IMG/VR virus record: IMGVR_UViG_3300027963_000002
Strand: one strand, 5' to 3'
DNA: 64,000 nt
From: an uncultured virus (IMG/VR IMGVR_UViG_3300027963_000002)
Taxonomy: Duplodnaviria; Heunggongvirae; Uroviricota; Caudoviricetes
Below, piece after piece: positions 41,074 to 50,366 of the stretch. A program made the translations under genes and the position numbers. Positions within the stretch are counted from its first letter, which is position 1; every line of letters begins with the position of its first letter. The notes beneath the pieces are model-generated. The model was not told where the DNA came from and did no database searches. It was given only the letters and a program-made list of their open reading frames with translations.

Positions 41074-41589
41074 CTACACCTGCCTTTCTTTGGTTTGGGA
41101 CACCTGTCCCAGTCGTTGTAATTCTTCTTTGGTTCTGCGGTAATTTGCTAAATGGATTGGTATTAGGGGATTGCTTGGATCTTTACTCTTTAACGCATGG
41201 TATCTATTGTTATGTGACCTCGCTTCTTTTTTCAGGGTTGCAATCAGGTTTGTAAGTGGCTCGTCTTTTTTCTTTTGCCAGTAAGCCCGCATTACTCTTG
41301 ACCTAATTTTTGGTAGGCTTTCTACCATTTGTTTTATTTTAGCTTCGCCAACTAGCTGGTGCATATCGCCTGATGCCATCTTATTCTTTATTTCTTTTAC
41401 GGATAGCTTGCGTCTTTTGCTTTCCCTTGGTTTTCGGCACGCCTTGCAGTTCTTGCTTATGCTGGTGTGCCTTGTGCTTATTGTTGATGAACGTAGTAAA
41501 GCCTTGGTCTGCCGTAGTGTGAGGGTGCGCTTGAACTCTGCCTTGGGCTTGTGTTCTTTGCATAGGGCGCATTGTTTAGTAGTGTTCAT
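41074..41589 (-). CDS. Basic Zn-finger protein
   Basis: CALCKEHKP..F and CKAC; very K/R-rich. Confidence 0.6.
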   Translation of the reverse strand: MNTTKQCALCKEHKPKAEFKRTLTLRQTKALLRSSTISTRHTSISKNCKACRKPRESKRRKLSVKEIKNKMASGDMHQLVGEAKIKQMVESLPKIRSRVMRAYWQKKKDEPLTNLIATLKKEARSHNNRYHALKSKDPSNPLIPIHLANYRRTKEELQRLGQVSQTKERQV

Positions 41590-41618
41590 AGTATTTTGGT
41601 CAGGTGATTTCGGGTTTG

Positions 41619-41892
41619 GTCAACTTATTGGTCAAGGTAGACGAGAGGTAGCCAAGTGGGTAAGCACATAGTATATAGGGTTATGGGGTCAACGGCTAGA
41701 TGTATACGTAATTTCGGGAACTATAAAAGGAGAAAGAATAATAGTTATTAGGTGGTCACGCTTTCTTTAATTTACTATTATCTATTCTATTCTATATATT
41801 TATATATACACATGATCCATATGTTGACCACGCCATAATGGGCTTGGGGTAGGTGGTGGCTATGTGTAGTCCACTAGCGCCAATAAGTTGAC
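41619..41892. other. Putative replication origin: nested inverted repeats around AT-rich core
   Basis: GTCAACTTATTGG (41619) / CCAATAAGTTGAC (41880) plus inner pairs; AT core ~41763-41809; non-coding. Confidence 0.55.
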
Positions 41893-41932
41893 AAATGTCC
41901 ACCTACCCTATTCCACAACAGGTTACAGAGAA

Positions 41933-42175
41933 CTACTGATGTATTGCGTATTTGTCTGCATTGAGTAGCCCTTTCTCTATCAGGTAGTTGAATGTAGATG
42001 CCTTGGTAATGATGGTGCGTGATGGGTCACGCTTGAATGTCTTAACCCAAAACTTGCTGGCACTAGCCCCGTTCTTAAACCAATGAGATGCCACACCTGT
42101 ATTGCGGTCAATGATAAATGCACCACCACCACCAATGCGGGCTATGGGCTTGGATACTAAGGTAGATACTTTCAT
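41933..42175 (-). CDS. Hypothetical early protein
   Basis: 80 aa; GAGAGTAATCAAATG RBS. Confidence 0.6.
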   Translation of the reverse strand: MKVSTLVSKPIARIGGGGAFIIDRNTGVASHWFKNGASASKFWVKTFKRDPSRTIITKASTFNYLIEKGLLNADKYAIHQ

Positions 42176-42200
42176 TTGATTACTCTCTTTCTTGGTTAGG

Positions 42201-42353
42201 TTAATACTTACTGCGGTTGTATTCAGTCACGCTGAATTGTTTGAACGCCTGACCCATTGACTGTGTAATAGGTTGTGGCTTGGGTGTTGTCTTGATTACA
42301 GGTGCTACTGTTTGCGCCAGCTTGAGCAAAGCGCATTGTTGATTGGATAGCAT
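42201..42353 (-). CDS. Hypothetical early protein (50 aa, not in ORF track)
   Basis: MLSNQQCALLKLAQ..; AAAGGAATTAACC RBS. Confidence 0.5.
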   Translation of the reverse strand: MLSNQQCALLKLAQTVAPVIKTTPKPQPITQSMGQAFKQFSVTEYNRSKY

Positions 42354-42355
42354 GG

Positions 42356-42520
42356 TTAATTCCTTTCTGTGCGGAAATCTCTTTCCTTCATTAGCTCATC
42401 AATCAATGCTTCGAGCAGGTAGTCGTTTACTTCGTTTAGTTTGTGCTGATGGATAAGGCGTTCAGCTCTTTGGGTTGCTATTGATACTAGCGTTTTACCG
42501 CATGGTTTTGCCGCTTGCAT
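42356..42520 (-). CDS. Hypothetical early protein (54 aa, not in ORF track)
   Basis: MQAAKPCGKTL..; AAGGAGTAATC-ATG. Confidence 0.55.
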   Translation of the reverse strand: MQAAKPCGKTLVSIATQRAERLIHQHKLNEVNDYLLEALIDELMKERDFRTERN

Positions 42521-42529
42521 GATTACTCC

Positions 42530-42646
42530 TTAACGTATTTGTAAGAGATAACGACCATCACGTTTGGTGATGCCGCAACGGATACCAGCAGACTTCAAGC
42601 TGGCTAAGAACTCGGTTACTTCTTTCTTTGTATTGAAATAAATCAT
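42530..42646 (-). CDS. Hypothetical early protein (38 aa, not in ORF track)
   Basis: MIYFNTKKEVTEFL..; AAGGAGTAATC-ATG. Confidence 0.55.
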   Translation of the reverse strand: MIYFNTKKEVTEFLASLKSAGIRCGITKRDGRYLLQIR

Positions 42647-42748
42647 GATTACTCCTTGGTTAGTGGTGATAGGTTTGACAGAATATGGAATAGCTGAGCA
42701 TTGTCTTGCTTGCCCTGTTTATCTATACGCTGTCAAACTTGTTGTGGA

Positions 42749-43162
42749 CTACTTGGCAAATGCAATCTCAACTGCTTTTAATACCTGAGCCTTGGTCATA
42801 CCCCATGCCTTGATTGCCTTGGACTTGCGGGTAATAGGGTCAACCTGTTTGCTAACTTGTTTGGTAGAAGTTCTACCATTCTTCTTCTTTGTAACAAGTG
42901 GGAAGTAATAGACATACATTGACCTTGCGGCGTTACCTGCCTTGGTCTTTCTATCGAACCCGACTGTGCCTCGGTTAGTGATGATAGGCTTAACCTTATA
43001 CTCAACACCGATTAGCTTAGCCACTTCCATTTGGTATTGGACTTGCACATCAGGCTTAGCTTTGTCGTATACGGGCTTGATAGCATCAAGGGCTTGGCGT
43101 AATGTCTTGCCAGCTTTGATGTGAGTAGTGATTGCAACAAGCAACTGTTTTAATTCGTTCAT
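42749..43162 (-). CDS. First early gene, basic hypothetical protein
   Basis: 137 aa; AGGAGAATCAAATG RBS. Confidence 0.65.
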   Translation of the reverse strand: MNELKQLLVAITTHIKAGKTLRQALDAIKPVYDKAKPDVQVQYQMEVAKLIGVEYKVKPIITNRGTVGFDRKTKAGNAARSMYVYYFPLVTKKKNGRTSTKQVSKQVDPITRKSKAIKAWGMTKAQVLKAVEIAFAK

Positions 43163-43177
43163 TTGATTCTCCTAAAT

Positions 43178-43201
43178 AAAAAGCCGAGCAAGTGGCTCGG
43201 C
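43178..43201 (-). terminator. Intrinsic terminator-like hairpin in early leader
   Basis: GCCGAGC-CACTT-GCTCGGC-TTTTT on - strand. Confidence 0.55.
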
Positions 43202-43234
43202 ATCACATCAACTAATTCCTTAATCGATACCTCT

Positions 43235-43243
43235 ATTATAACA
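43235..43243 (-). promoter_or_regulatory. Extended -10 early promoter
   Basis: TGTTATAAT on - strand. Confidence 0.6.
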
Positions 43244-43397
43244 TAGTAGGTTTGGGAGAACTGTGCTTTGGGCTAGGTTAGACCCCACTAGGGGGGCATG
43301 AACCCTTATGTTGACGAGGTAGGCTTGGTCACCCGATCACTATTCCTTAACCACAATTTTAAAAAATGTCAAAATTTGTAAAAAATAAAGGGGAGTA

Positions 43398-43413
43398 TGT
43401 CTAATCTTAGACA
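43398..43413. promoter_or_regulatory. Palindromic operator-like site
   Basis: TGTCTAA-TC-TTAGACA in the divergent intergenic region. Confidence 0.4.
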
Positions 43414-43420
43414 CAAGGGT

Positions 43421-43509
43421 GGGGCGTAGATTTGGTAGTTAGTACACGCTAAGCAGAAAGCCGCAAAATTCTTAGCTACTACATCCTCTAATGGCGGCTT
43501 AACCGCCCC
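43421..43509. ncRNA. Candidate pseudoknotted structured RNA
   Basis: GGGGCG/CGCCCC closing stem, GCTAAG/CTTAGC hairpin, loop AAGCCGC complementary to GCGGCTT. Confidence 0.5.
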
Positions 43510-43510
43510 T

Positions 43511-43538
43511 AAAAAAACCCCGGCACGGAGCCGGGGGT
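43511..43538 (-). terminator. Intrinsic terminator
   Basis: CCCCGGC-TCCGT-GCCGGGG-TTTTTTT on - strand. Confidence 0.8.
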
Positions 43539-43607
43539 AAAGTCACCGAGCTAATCAGACTCATGTGAAGGAGTACGTAACCAACAAACGAAGGAAAAGT
43601 GGCACGT
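43511..43607 (-). ncRNA. Candidate trans-acting anti-RBS small RNA
   Basis: -10 TATACT (43614-43619), CU-rich body, intrinsic terminator; complementary to early-gene RBS motifs. Confidence 0.55.
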
Positions 43608-43692
43608 AAAAAAAGTATACACCAAAAAATAAATACATATATAATCCAAACAATATCGTGTGTTTCCTACGCCCTTAAGGAGAAGTTGCAGT

Positions 43693-44292
43693 TTGTTTTT
43701 AGACCACCTCATCTCACCCGCCTTAGCGGATTTTATTCCGGAACTTACCAGCTCCGACGCTTCGTTTGTCTCTCTTGATACTCTTACCCCCGCACAAACC
43801 CTAAGTGCCCAAAAGAAAACCAGCGACTGGATACAAAGCTTTTCAGAAGAAGACGAAGAAATCCTGACCCATGCGCAGGAAGAGAAAGTGGCAAACATAT
43901 TTAATGCCCTAACGCTACGAGACCCTGACGCAAAAGACAAGTTACTTCAAATGGAAGTACCCGAAGAAGTGCAAAGCGCCATAAACATGGTAACTGCATA
44001 CCAATGGAAGTTTGTTGAGCAAGCAGAAAACTTAAGAAGCCTAGCAGTTACCAAAATTGTTAAAGATACCAGCCATCCAGATGCCAGAATACGTCTTAAA
44101 GCCTTAGAGTTGCTGGGTAAAGTCACAGAAGTAGCCCTGTTTACGGACAGAGTAGAGGTTAAACGCCAAGAAATGAGCGATGAAGAGCTAGAAAAGCGCA
44201 TTAAAGAGAAACTTGGGCGCTATATGGGGGCAGTAGACGTGGTAGATGTGGTTGAAAAGATAAGAATAGTAAAGAAAACTGATGAATCTTGA
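43693..44292 (+). CDS. terS: Probable terminase small subunit
   Basis: Directly upstream of TerL; RLKALELLGK..ALFTDR; TTG start after AAGGAG. Confidence 0.6.
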   Translation: MFLDHLISPALADFIPELTSSDASFVSLDTLTPAQTLSAQKKTSDWIQSFSEEDEEILTHAQEEKVANIFNALTLRDPDAKDKLLQMEVPEEVQSAINMVTAYQWKFVEQAENLRSLAVTKIVKDTSHPDARIRLKALELLGKVTEVALFTDRVEVKRQEMSDEELEKRIKEKLGRYMGAVDVVDVVEKIRIVKKTDES

Positions 44293-45817
44293 TTTTTTAA
44301 CACCACAAGAAGCTCTAGCTGCGCAATTAGCGTTAAAAGACATGAACCGTTTTGAGAAGTTGGCGTTTTTGGACGACTTGAACGAACAAGAAAATAGGTT
44401 TTCTTTAAAAGCGGCACAAAGCGACCCTATATCTTTTGCAAAACAGGTATATCCGGGATTTAAAGTAGGCCCACAACACAGAAAACTGGCTAAAATATTT
44501 CAAGACGTGATTGACGGTAAGAAAAAGCGCGTGATCATCAACATAGCCCCTCGTATGGGTAAGTCAGAGTTCAGTTCTTACTTGTTTCCGGCGTACTTCT
44601 TGGGTAAATACCCAGATAAAAAGATTATTATGGCAACCCACACGGCTGGATTGTCCGAAGATTTTGGTAGAAGAGTAAGGAATCTAATTGAAAGCGATGA
44701 ATATAAAGAAGTTTTTCCCAACACGGTTGTCGCAGATGATCAAAAAGCTGCTGGGAAGTGGAGTACTGGGGCTGGTGGACAATACTACGCTGTTGGTGTT
44801 GGCGGTGCTCTTGCTGGACGTGGTGCTGATTTATTTGTTATTGATGACCCTCATTCCGAACAAGATATAAAGGTTAATAGCCGGGCGGCGTTTGATAATG
44901 CTTGGTCTTGGTTTCAAACGGGGCCACTACAAAGGCTTATGCCGGGCGGTGCGATTATTGTGATTATGACTCGGTGGTCTTTGATAGACTTAACTGGGCG
45001 GTTAATTGACTACAACATTAAGAACCCGGACAGCGTTCCTTGGGAACTAGTAGAACTGCCAGCCATCCTAGACGCTGGTACAGATCATGAAAAAAGCCTT
45101 TGGCCTGCGCAATGGCCCTTAGAATTACTGCAAGCAACAAGACAACAGCTTGACCCACGGTATTGGAACGCCCAGTACATGCAGAACCCCACGTCAGACA
45201 TGGCGGCTTTAATCTCAAGAAAAGACTGGCAAATATGGGATAAAGAAGACCCACCTAAATGTGAGTATGTTATCCAGTCTTGGGATACGGCACACGAAAC
45301 AAAGACTACATCGGACTATTCCGCATGTACAACATGGGGCGTTTGGTATAACAATGAGGATAAAAACAACCCCAACTTGATTCTATTGGACGCTTTTAAA
45401 GATAGGCTTACGTTTCCAGAACTAAAGATAGCAGCGTTAAAGCATTACAAAGAATGGAAACCAGATGCCTTTATAGTTGAGAAAAAAGCAGCCGGTGCTC
45501 CGTTAATCCAAGAGCTAAGAATGATTGGCATTCCGGTACAAGAATTCACCCCATCAAGGGGTAACGATAAAATGGTTAGACTAAATGCCGTGGCAGATTT
45601 GTTTACATCTGGTAAAGTATGGGCTCCAGATACGCGTTGGGCAAAAGAAGTAATTGAAGAAATTGCATCGTTTCCTGTCGGCGAACACGATGACTTTGTG
45701 GACACCTGCACCCAAGCGCTTCTGCGTTACAGACAAGGCGGGTTTATTAGTTTAGATTCAGATGAGAAAGATGACGATATGCAGTATCGCTATCGTCGTA
45801 AAGCGGCGTACTACTAG
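44282..45817 (+). CDS. terL: Terminase large subunit
   Basis: APRMGKS Walker A, VIDDP Walker B, MTRW, SWDTA nuclease, HDDFVD. Confidence 0.95.
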   Translation: MNLDFLTPQEALAAQLALKDMNRFEKLAFLDDLNEQENRFSLKAAQSDPISFAKQVYPGFKVGPQHRKLAKIFQDVIDGKKKRVIINIAPRMGKSEFSSYLFPAYFLGKYPDKKIIMATHTAGLSEDFGRRVRNLIESDEYKEVFPNTVVADDQKAAGKWSTGAGGQYYAVGVGGALAGRGADLFVIDDPHSEQDIKVNSRAAFDNAWSWFQTGPLQRLMPGGAIIVIMTRWSLIDLTGRLIDYNIKNPDSVPWELVELPAILDAGTDHEKSLWPAQWPLELLQATRQQLDPRYWNAQYMQNPTSDMAALISRKDWQIWDKEDPPKCEYVIQSWDTAHETKTTSDYSACTTWGVWYNNEDKNNPNLILLDAFKDRLTFPELKIAALKHYKEWKPDAFIVEKKAAGAPLIQELRMIGIPVQEFTPSRGNDKMVRLNAVADLFTSGKVWAPDTRWAKEVIEEIASFPVGEHDDFVDTCTQALLRYRQGGFISLDSDEKDDDMQYRYRRKAAYY

Positions 45818-45825
45818 GAAAAATT

Positions 45826-48282
45826 ATGGCAATAGATAAAACGTTATACCAAGCCCCACAAGGATTAGCACAATTGGCAGAAGGTGAACCAGACATCGAA
45901 GTTGAGATTGAAGATCCAGAAGCTGTGCGCATTAGCGCAGACGGCGAAGAAATCCTTAGCATAGAAAAAGATGGCGAGGACGAAGACTTTGATGAGAACC
46001 TTGCAGAAGTTGTTAGTGAAGGTGAACTCCAAGCATTAGCTGGCGATTTAATTGGTGACATAGACAACGACTTAGCTTCCAGAAAAGACTGGGAGAAGAT
46101 GTACAAAGACGGTATTACATTGCTAGGTTTAAAGTTTGAAGAAAGAACAGAACCTTGGGATGGCGCTTGCGGTGTATTCCACCCAATGATTACAGAAGCA
46201 GTGGTGCGCTTTCAATCAGACACCATTATGGAAACGTTTCCAGCCAAAGGCCCAGTACGTACACAAATTATAGGTAAAGAAACTCCTGAGAAAAAAGAAG
46301 CGGCTGTTCGTGTAGAAGAAGACATGAACTACCAGCTAACGGAGAAGATGCCTGAGTACCGCACAGAGCACGAAAAAATGTTATGGAACTTGCCATCGGC
46401 GGGTTCTGCATTTAAGAAAGTTTACTTTGACCCCAGCCTTGGTCGTCAAGTTTCTGTGTTTATTCCAGCAGAAGACGTGATTTTGCCGTACGGCGTTAGT
46501 GACATTAATACTTGTTTTCGCATCTCGCATCGCATGCGTAAGACCAAGAACGAGCTACTTAAACTAATGAACGCTGGGTTTTATCGTGACATTGAGTTAG
46601 GCGAACCAGAAAAGTTCCAAACAGATATACAAGAACGTAAAGACAGAGAAACCGGATTTAGTGCTAGCTACGACGACCGCTTTGAGCTATACGAGATACA
46701 TGCCGATTTAGATTTACCCGGCTACGAAGATACAGACGAAGATGGCGAGCTTACAGGTATAGCCCTTCCATACGTAATAACAATGATTAGGGGCACAAGT
46801 GAGATTCTGTCTATTCGCCGTAACTGGAAAGAAGAAGATCCGCTTAAGTTAAAACGCCACCACTTTGTTCATTACCAATATATTCCCGGCTACGGAGCTT
46901 ATGGCTTTGGCTTGTTCCACTTGATTGGTGGCTTTGCAAAATCTGCAACGAGCATTATTCGTCAGCTCGTAGACGCGGGAACCCTTAGTAATTTACCCGG
47001 TGGTTTAAAAAGCCGTGGTTTAAGAATTAAAGGCGACGACACCCCTATTGCTCCGGGCGAGTTTAGGGACGTGGATGTTGGATCAGGCACTATTCGAGAT
47101 AACATTTTGCCATTGCCTTATAAAGAACCTTCGATGGTTTTGTCGGGTTTATTGGATAAGATTGTTGAAGAAGGTCGTCGCTTTGCGGCTACTTCGGATA
47201 TGCAGATTTCTGACATGTCTAATCAAGCACCTGTTGGAACAACGCTTGCAATTTTGGAACGTACGCTTAAGGTTATGTCGGCTGTTCAAGCCCGTGTCCA
47301 CTTTGCGTTAAAACAAGAGTTGCAGCTTCTTGCGGGCATCATTAGGGATTACACAGACCCAGACTATACATACGAGCCAGAAGAAGGCACGCCTCGTGCC
47401 AAACAAGCTGACTACAACAATGTAGAAGTTTTGCCAGTATCAGATCCTAATGCAGCAACTTTGAGCCAACGGGTAGTTCAGTATCAAGCAGTTATCCAAT
47501 TAGCTCAAATGGCACCACAGATTTATGACTTGCCTTTCTTACACCGCCAGATGTTAGAAGTATTGGGTGTTAAGCATGCAGCCAAAATTGTGCCAATGCC
47601 AGACGATCAAAAACCAAAAGACCCAGTTACGGAAAACCAAGACGCACTTAAAGGCAAACCACTTAAAGCGTTTATTTACCAAGACCATGAGTCACACATT
47701 AAAGTCCACACGTCAGCAATGCAAGATCCTATTGTTCAACAGCTTATTGGGCAAAACCCACAAGTTCAAGTTATTCAAGGGGCTATGCAGTCTCACATTG
47801 CAGAACACGTAGGATTTGCTTATAGGCAGAAAATTGAACAGGCTCTTGGCGTTTCGTTGCCAAACCCAGAAGATGAAATGCCAGCGGATATGGAACGGGA
47901 AATTAGCCGCCTAATGGCAGAAGCTGCACCGCAAGTGTTAGCAGAAAGTCAAGCTATGGCAGCTCAACAGCAAGCCCAGCAAAATGCCCAAGATCCAGTA
48001 TTGCAAATACAGATGCAAGAACTGCAGCTAAAAGCTAAAGATGTTGATATTAAAGAAAGAAAGCTTGCAGCAGATGCGGCAGCTAAAGCTGACCAAATTG
48101 AGATCGAGAAAGAAAAGATAGCTTCAAATGAAAGAATAGCTGGAGTAACGGTTGGTGCCAAAGCAGAAAATGACAAGGCTATGTTACAAGCTAGGCAAGA
48201 AGAAGCTGGTGTAAAAATTGGAGCCGATATAGCCCATAAAAAGGCACTACTGCAAAAAGAAAATAAAAAGGAAACTAAATAA
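45826..48282 (+). CDS. Portal protein
   Basis: 818 aa after TerL; GSAFKKVYFD, RQLVDAGTLSNLPGG; Q-rich C-terminal barrel as in P22-like portals. Confidence 0.85.
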   Translation: MAIDKTLYQAPQGLAQLAEGEPDIEVEIEDPEAVRISADGEEILSIEKDGEDEDFDENLAEVVSEGELQALAGDLIGDIDNDLASRKDWEKMYKDGITLLGLKFEERTEPWDGACGVFHPMITEAVVRFQSDTIMETFPAKGPVRTQIIGKETPEKKEAAVRVEEDMNYQLTEKMPEYRTEHEKMLWNLPSAGSAFKKVYFDPSLGRQVSVFIPAEDVILPYGVSDINTCFRISHRMRKTKNELLKLMNAGFYRDIELGEPEKFQTDIQERKDRETGFSASYDDRFELYEIHADLDLPGYEDTDEDGELTGIALPYVITMIRGTSEILSIRRNWKEEDPLKLKRHHFVHYQYIPGYGAYGFGLFHLIGGFAKSATSIIRQLVDAGTLSNLPGGLKSRGLRIKGDDTPIAPGEFRDVDVGSGTIRDNILPLPYKEPSMVLSGLLDKIVEEGRRFAATSDMQISDMSNQAPVGTTLAILERTLKVMSAVQARVHFALKQELQLLAGIIRDYTDPDYTYEPEEGTPRAKQADYNNVEVLPVSDPNAATLSQRVVQYQAVIQLAQMAPQIYDLPFLHRQMLEVLGVKHAAKIVPMPDDQKPKDPVTENQDALKGKPLKAFIYQDHESHIKVHTSAMQDPIVQQLIGQNPQVQVIQGAMQSHIAEHVGFAYRQKIEQALGVSLPNPEDEMPADMEREISRLMAEAAPQVLAESQAMAAQQQAQQNAQDPVLQIQMQELQLKAKDVDIKERKLAADAAAKADQIEIEKEKIASNERIAGVTVGAKAENDKAMLQARQEEAGVKIGADIAHKKALLQKENKKETK

Positions 48283-48488
48283 TGGACTTAGCCACAATGG
48301 ATGTGTTGCAGTTTTTACGCGACAAAATTCGAGAGGACATAAGAAATTACACAGACGATTTGGCAAACGGACAGTGTACAGATTTTGCAGTTTATAAACA
48401 GCTTTGTGGGGTGATTCGAGGTCTATCCTATGCAGAGCGCCACTTACTTGACCTCGCAGAAAATATGGAAAACGCTAATAATGAGTGA
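48282..48488 (+). CDS. Small head-module protein
   Basis: YKQLCGVIRGL motif; between portal and GroES. Confidence 0.6.
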   Translation: MDLATMDVLQFLRDKIREDIRNYTDDLANGQCTDFAVYKQLCGVIRGLSYAERHLLDLAENMENANNE

Positions 48489-48912
48489 AGCTATAGCAAT
48501 GCCGGAATCAGAATTGATCCTGCCGCCCGGAATGAAAATTCCAAAAATGGATCATGAATACGAAACAGCAGAACAAAAAGCACAATCGTTACCTGAACCA
48601 AAAGGGTGGCGCTTATTGTGTGCTTTAGTAGAAGCTGGCGATACTTACGATAGTGGTATTGTTAAATCAGGCCAAACAATTAAAACAGAGGAAATTACTT
48701 CTCCAGTTCTATTTGTTGTTAAAACGGGCCCGACTGCGTATAAAGACCCTGATAAGTTCCCTGACGGTGCATGGTGTGCGGTAGGCGATTTTGTTATTAC
48801 CCGCCCCTACAGTGGTACACGCATCATGATTCATGGAAAAGAGTTTCGTTTGATTAATGATGATCAAGTTGAAGCAACAGTCGAAGACCCACGCGGCATT
48901 TCCCGCGTTTAA
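48481..48912 (+). CDS. groES: GroES-like co-chaperonin
   Basis: PKGWRLL, SGIV, GPTAY, VGDFV..YSGT..GKEFRLINDDQV. Confidence 0.8.
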   Translation: MSEAIAMPESELILPPGMKIPKMDHEYETAEQKAQSLPEPKGWRLLCALVEAGDTYDSGIVKSGQTIKTEEITSPVLFVVKTGPTAYKDPDKFPDGAWCAVGDFVITRPYSGTRIMIHGKEFRLINDDQVEATVEDPRGISRV

Positions 48913-48924
48913 CAGGAGATTTAC

Positions 48925-49902
48925 ATGGCAGATAATGATGATTTTAAGTTTCCGCATGAAACGGAAGAAGTAGAAAGTAAGGGTAAACCCGAAGATGATA
49001 TTGAAATTGACATATCGGGCGAATCAGACATTTCTATTGAAATTGAAGACGACACACCGGTTCGTGATAGAACGGCTAAGCCACTTGATGAAGAAGTAAC
49101 AGATCCTACCGATGAAGAAATCGAAGGGTATACCAAGGGTGCTCAAGCACGAATTAAACAACTAACCCATGCACGCCACGACGAACGGCGTGAAAAAGAA
49201 GCGGCACAACGTGAAAAGCAAGAGCTTGAAAAACTGGCTCAGCAAATCATGGATGAAAACCGCAAACTTAAACAATACGTACAGACTGGCGAAAAAACTT
49301 TTGGCGAAATGCAACAGGCTAAAGCTGAAGCCGAGCTAGAAATGGCACGGCGGAAGTATAAAGAAGCCCAAGAATCATATGATTCCGACGCTATGCTTGA
49401 TGCACAAGAGTCTTTAACCGATGCAAAGATGAGGCTTGAAGCTGCAAAGAATTTTAGGCCAACCCCTTTACAAACGGAAGAAAGTAGTGTACAAACGTAT
49501 TCATCGACACCTCAAGCACCTAGACTTGACGACAAAACCTTGCGCTGGCAAGCTAAAAACCAGTGGTTTGGGTCTCCGGGGTACGAAGAACTGACAGCCT
49601 TTGCACTAGGGCTGCACCAAAAACTAGTTGCTACCGGGGTTGATCCCCGCTCTGATGAATACTTCGATCGTGTTGACGGTCGCTTAAAACAAGTATTCCC
49701 TGAAGTGTTTAAAGACACTACGGCGGCGAAAGCTGAGCCAACAAGGAAACCTGCAAATGTTGTGGCTCCTGCTTCTCGTTCTACGGGAGCAAAAAAAGTA
49801 ATCACATTGAATGCGACGCAAGCTCGTTTAGCAGACAAATTTGGTTTAACTCACAAACAATATGCACAGGAAGTTCTTAAATTGGAGGTTCAAAATGGCT
49901 GA
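48925..49902 (+). CDS. Capsid scaffolding protein
   Basis: Acidic N-terminus, long coiled coil, position before capsid genes. Confidence 0.7.
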   Translation: MADNDDFKFPHETEEVESKGKPEDDIEIDISGESDISIEIEDDTPVRDRTAKPLDEEVTDPTDEEIEGYTKGAQARIKQLTHARHDERREKEAAQREKQELEKLAQQIMDENRKLKQYVQTGEKTFGEMQQAKAEAELEMARRKYKEAQESYDSDAMLDAQESLTDAKMRLEAAKNFRPTPLQTEESSVQTYSSTPQAPRLDDKTLRWQAKNQWFGSPGYEELTAFALGLHQKLVATGVDPRSDEYFDRVDGRLKQVFPEVFKDTTAAKAEPTRKPANVVAPASRSTGAKKVITLNATQARLADKFGLTHKQYAQEVLKLEVQNG

Positions 49903-50344
49903 TAACCGCAAACCCCGTGACTTAGATTCACGCGAAAATAACCCAACTCGTTATGTTTATACACCAGCGAGTACGTTACCCAGTCCTACACCAGATCCAG
50001 ACTACGATTTTTTCTATGTAGCTACATCTGTTGCAGGACAAGATCATGCGACCAATGTTTCACAAAAGTTTCGTGATGGCTGGGTACCGGTAAAGGCAGT
50101 AGATCATCCTGAGTTACAGGTATCTCCTAACAAAGACGGAAACGTTGAAATTGGCGGTTTGCTTTTATGCAAAAAACCAAAAGAAATGAATCAGGCTCGT
50201 CGGGAATATTTTGAGAAAAAAGCTCAAGCTCAAATGGACTCTGTCGACAATAGTTTTATGAAAAACAATAACCCCAACATGCCTTTGTTTAGCGAGCGTA
50301 AAAGCACAACAACTAAAGGACGCGGGTTTGGTAATGGTTCTTAA
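49895..50344 (+). CDS. Head-module protein
   Basis: DGWVPVKA..EIGGLLLCK; start after GGAGG. Confidence 0.6.
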   Translation: MADNRKPRDLDSRENNPTRYVYTPASTLPSPTPDPDYDFFYVATSVAGQDHATNVSQKFRDGWVPVKAVDHPELQVSPNKDGNVEIGGLLLCKKPKEMNQARREYFEKKAQAQMDSVDNSFMKNNNPNMPLFSERKSTTTKGRGFGNGS

Positions 50345-50366
50345 TTTTTTAATCTAGGAGATTTAA

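Noticed and set aside
43421..43509. tRNA or tmRNA (starts GGGGCGTAG, TGGTAG D-loop-like)
   Set aside because: No GTTCRA T-loop or anticodon arm on either strand; kept only as an unknown structured RNA
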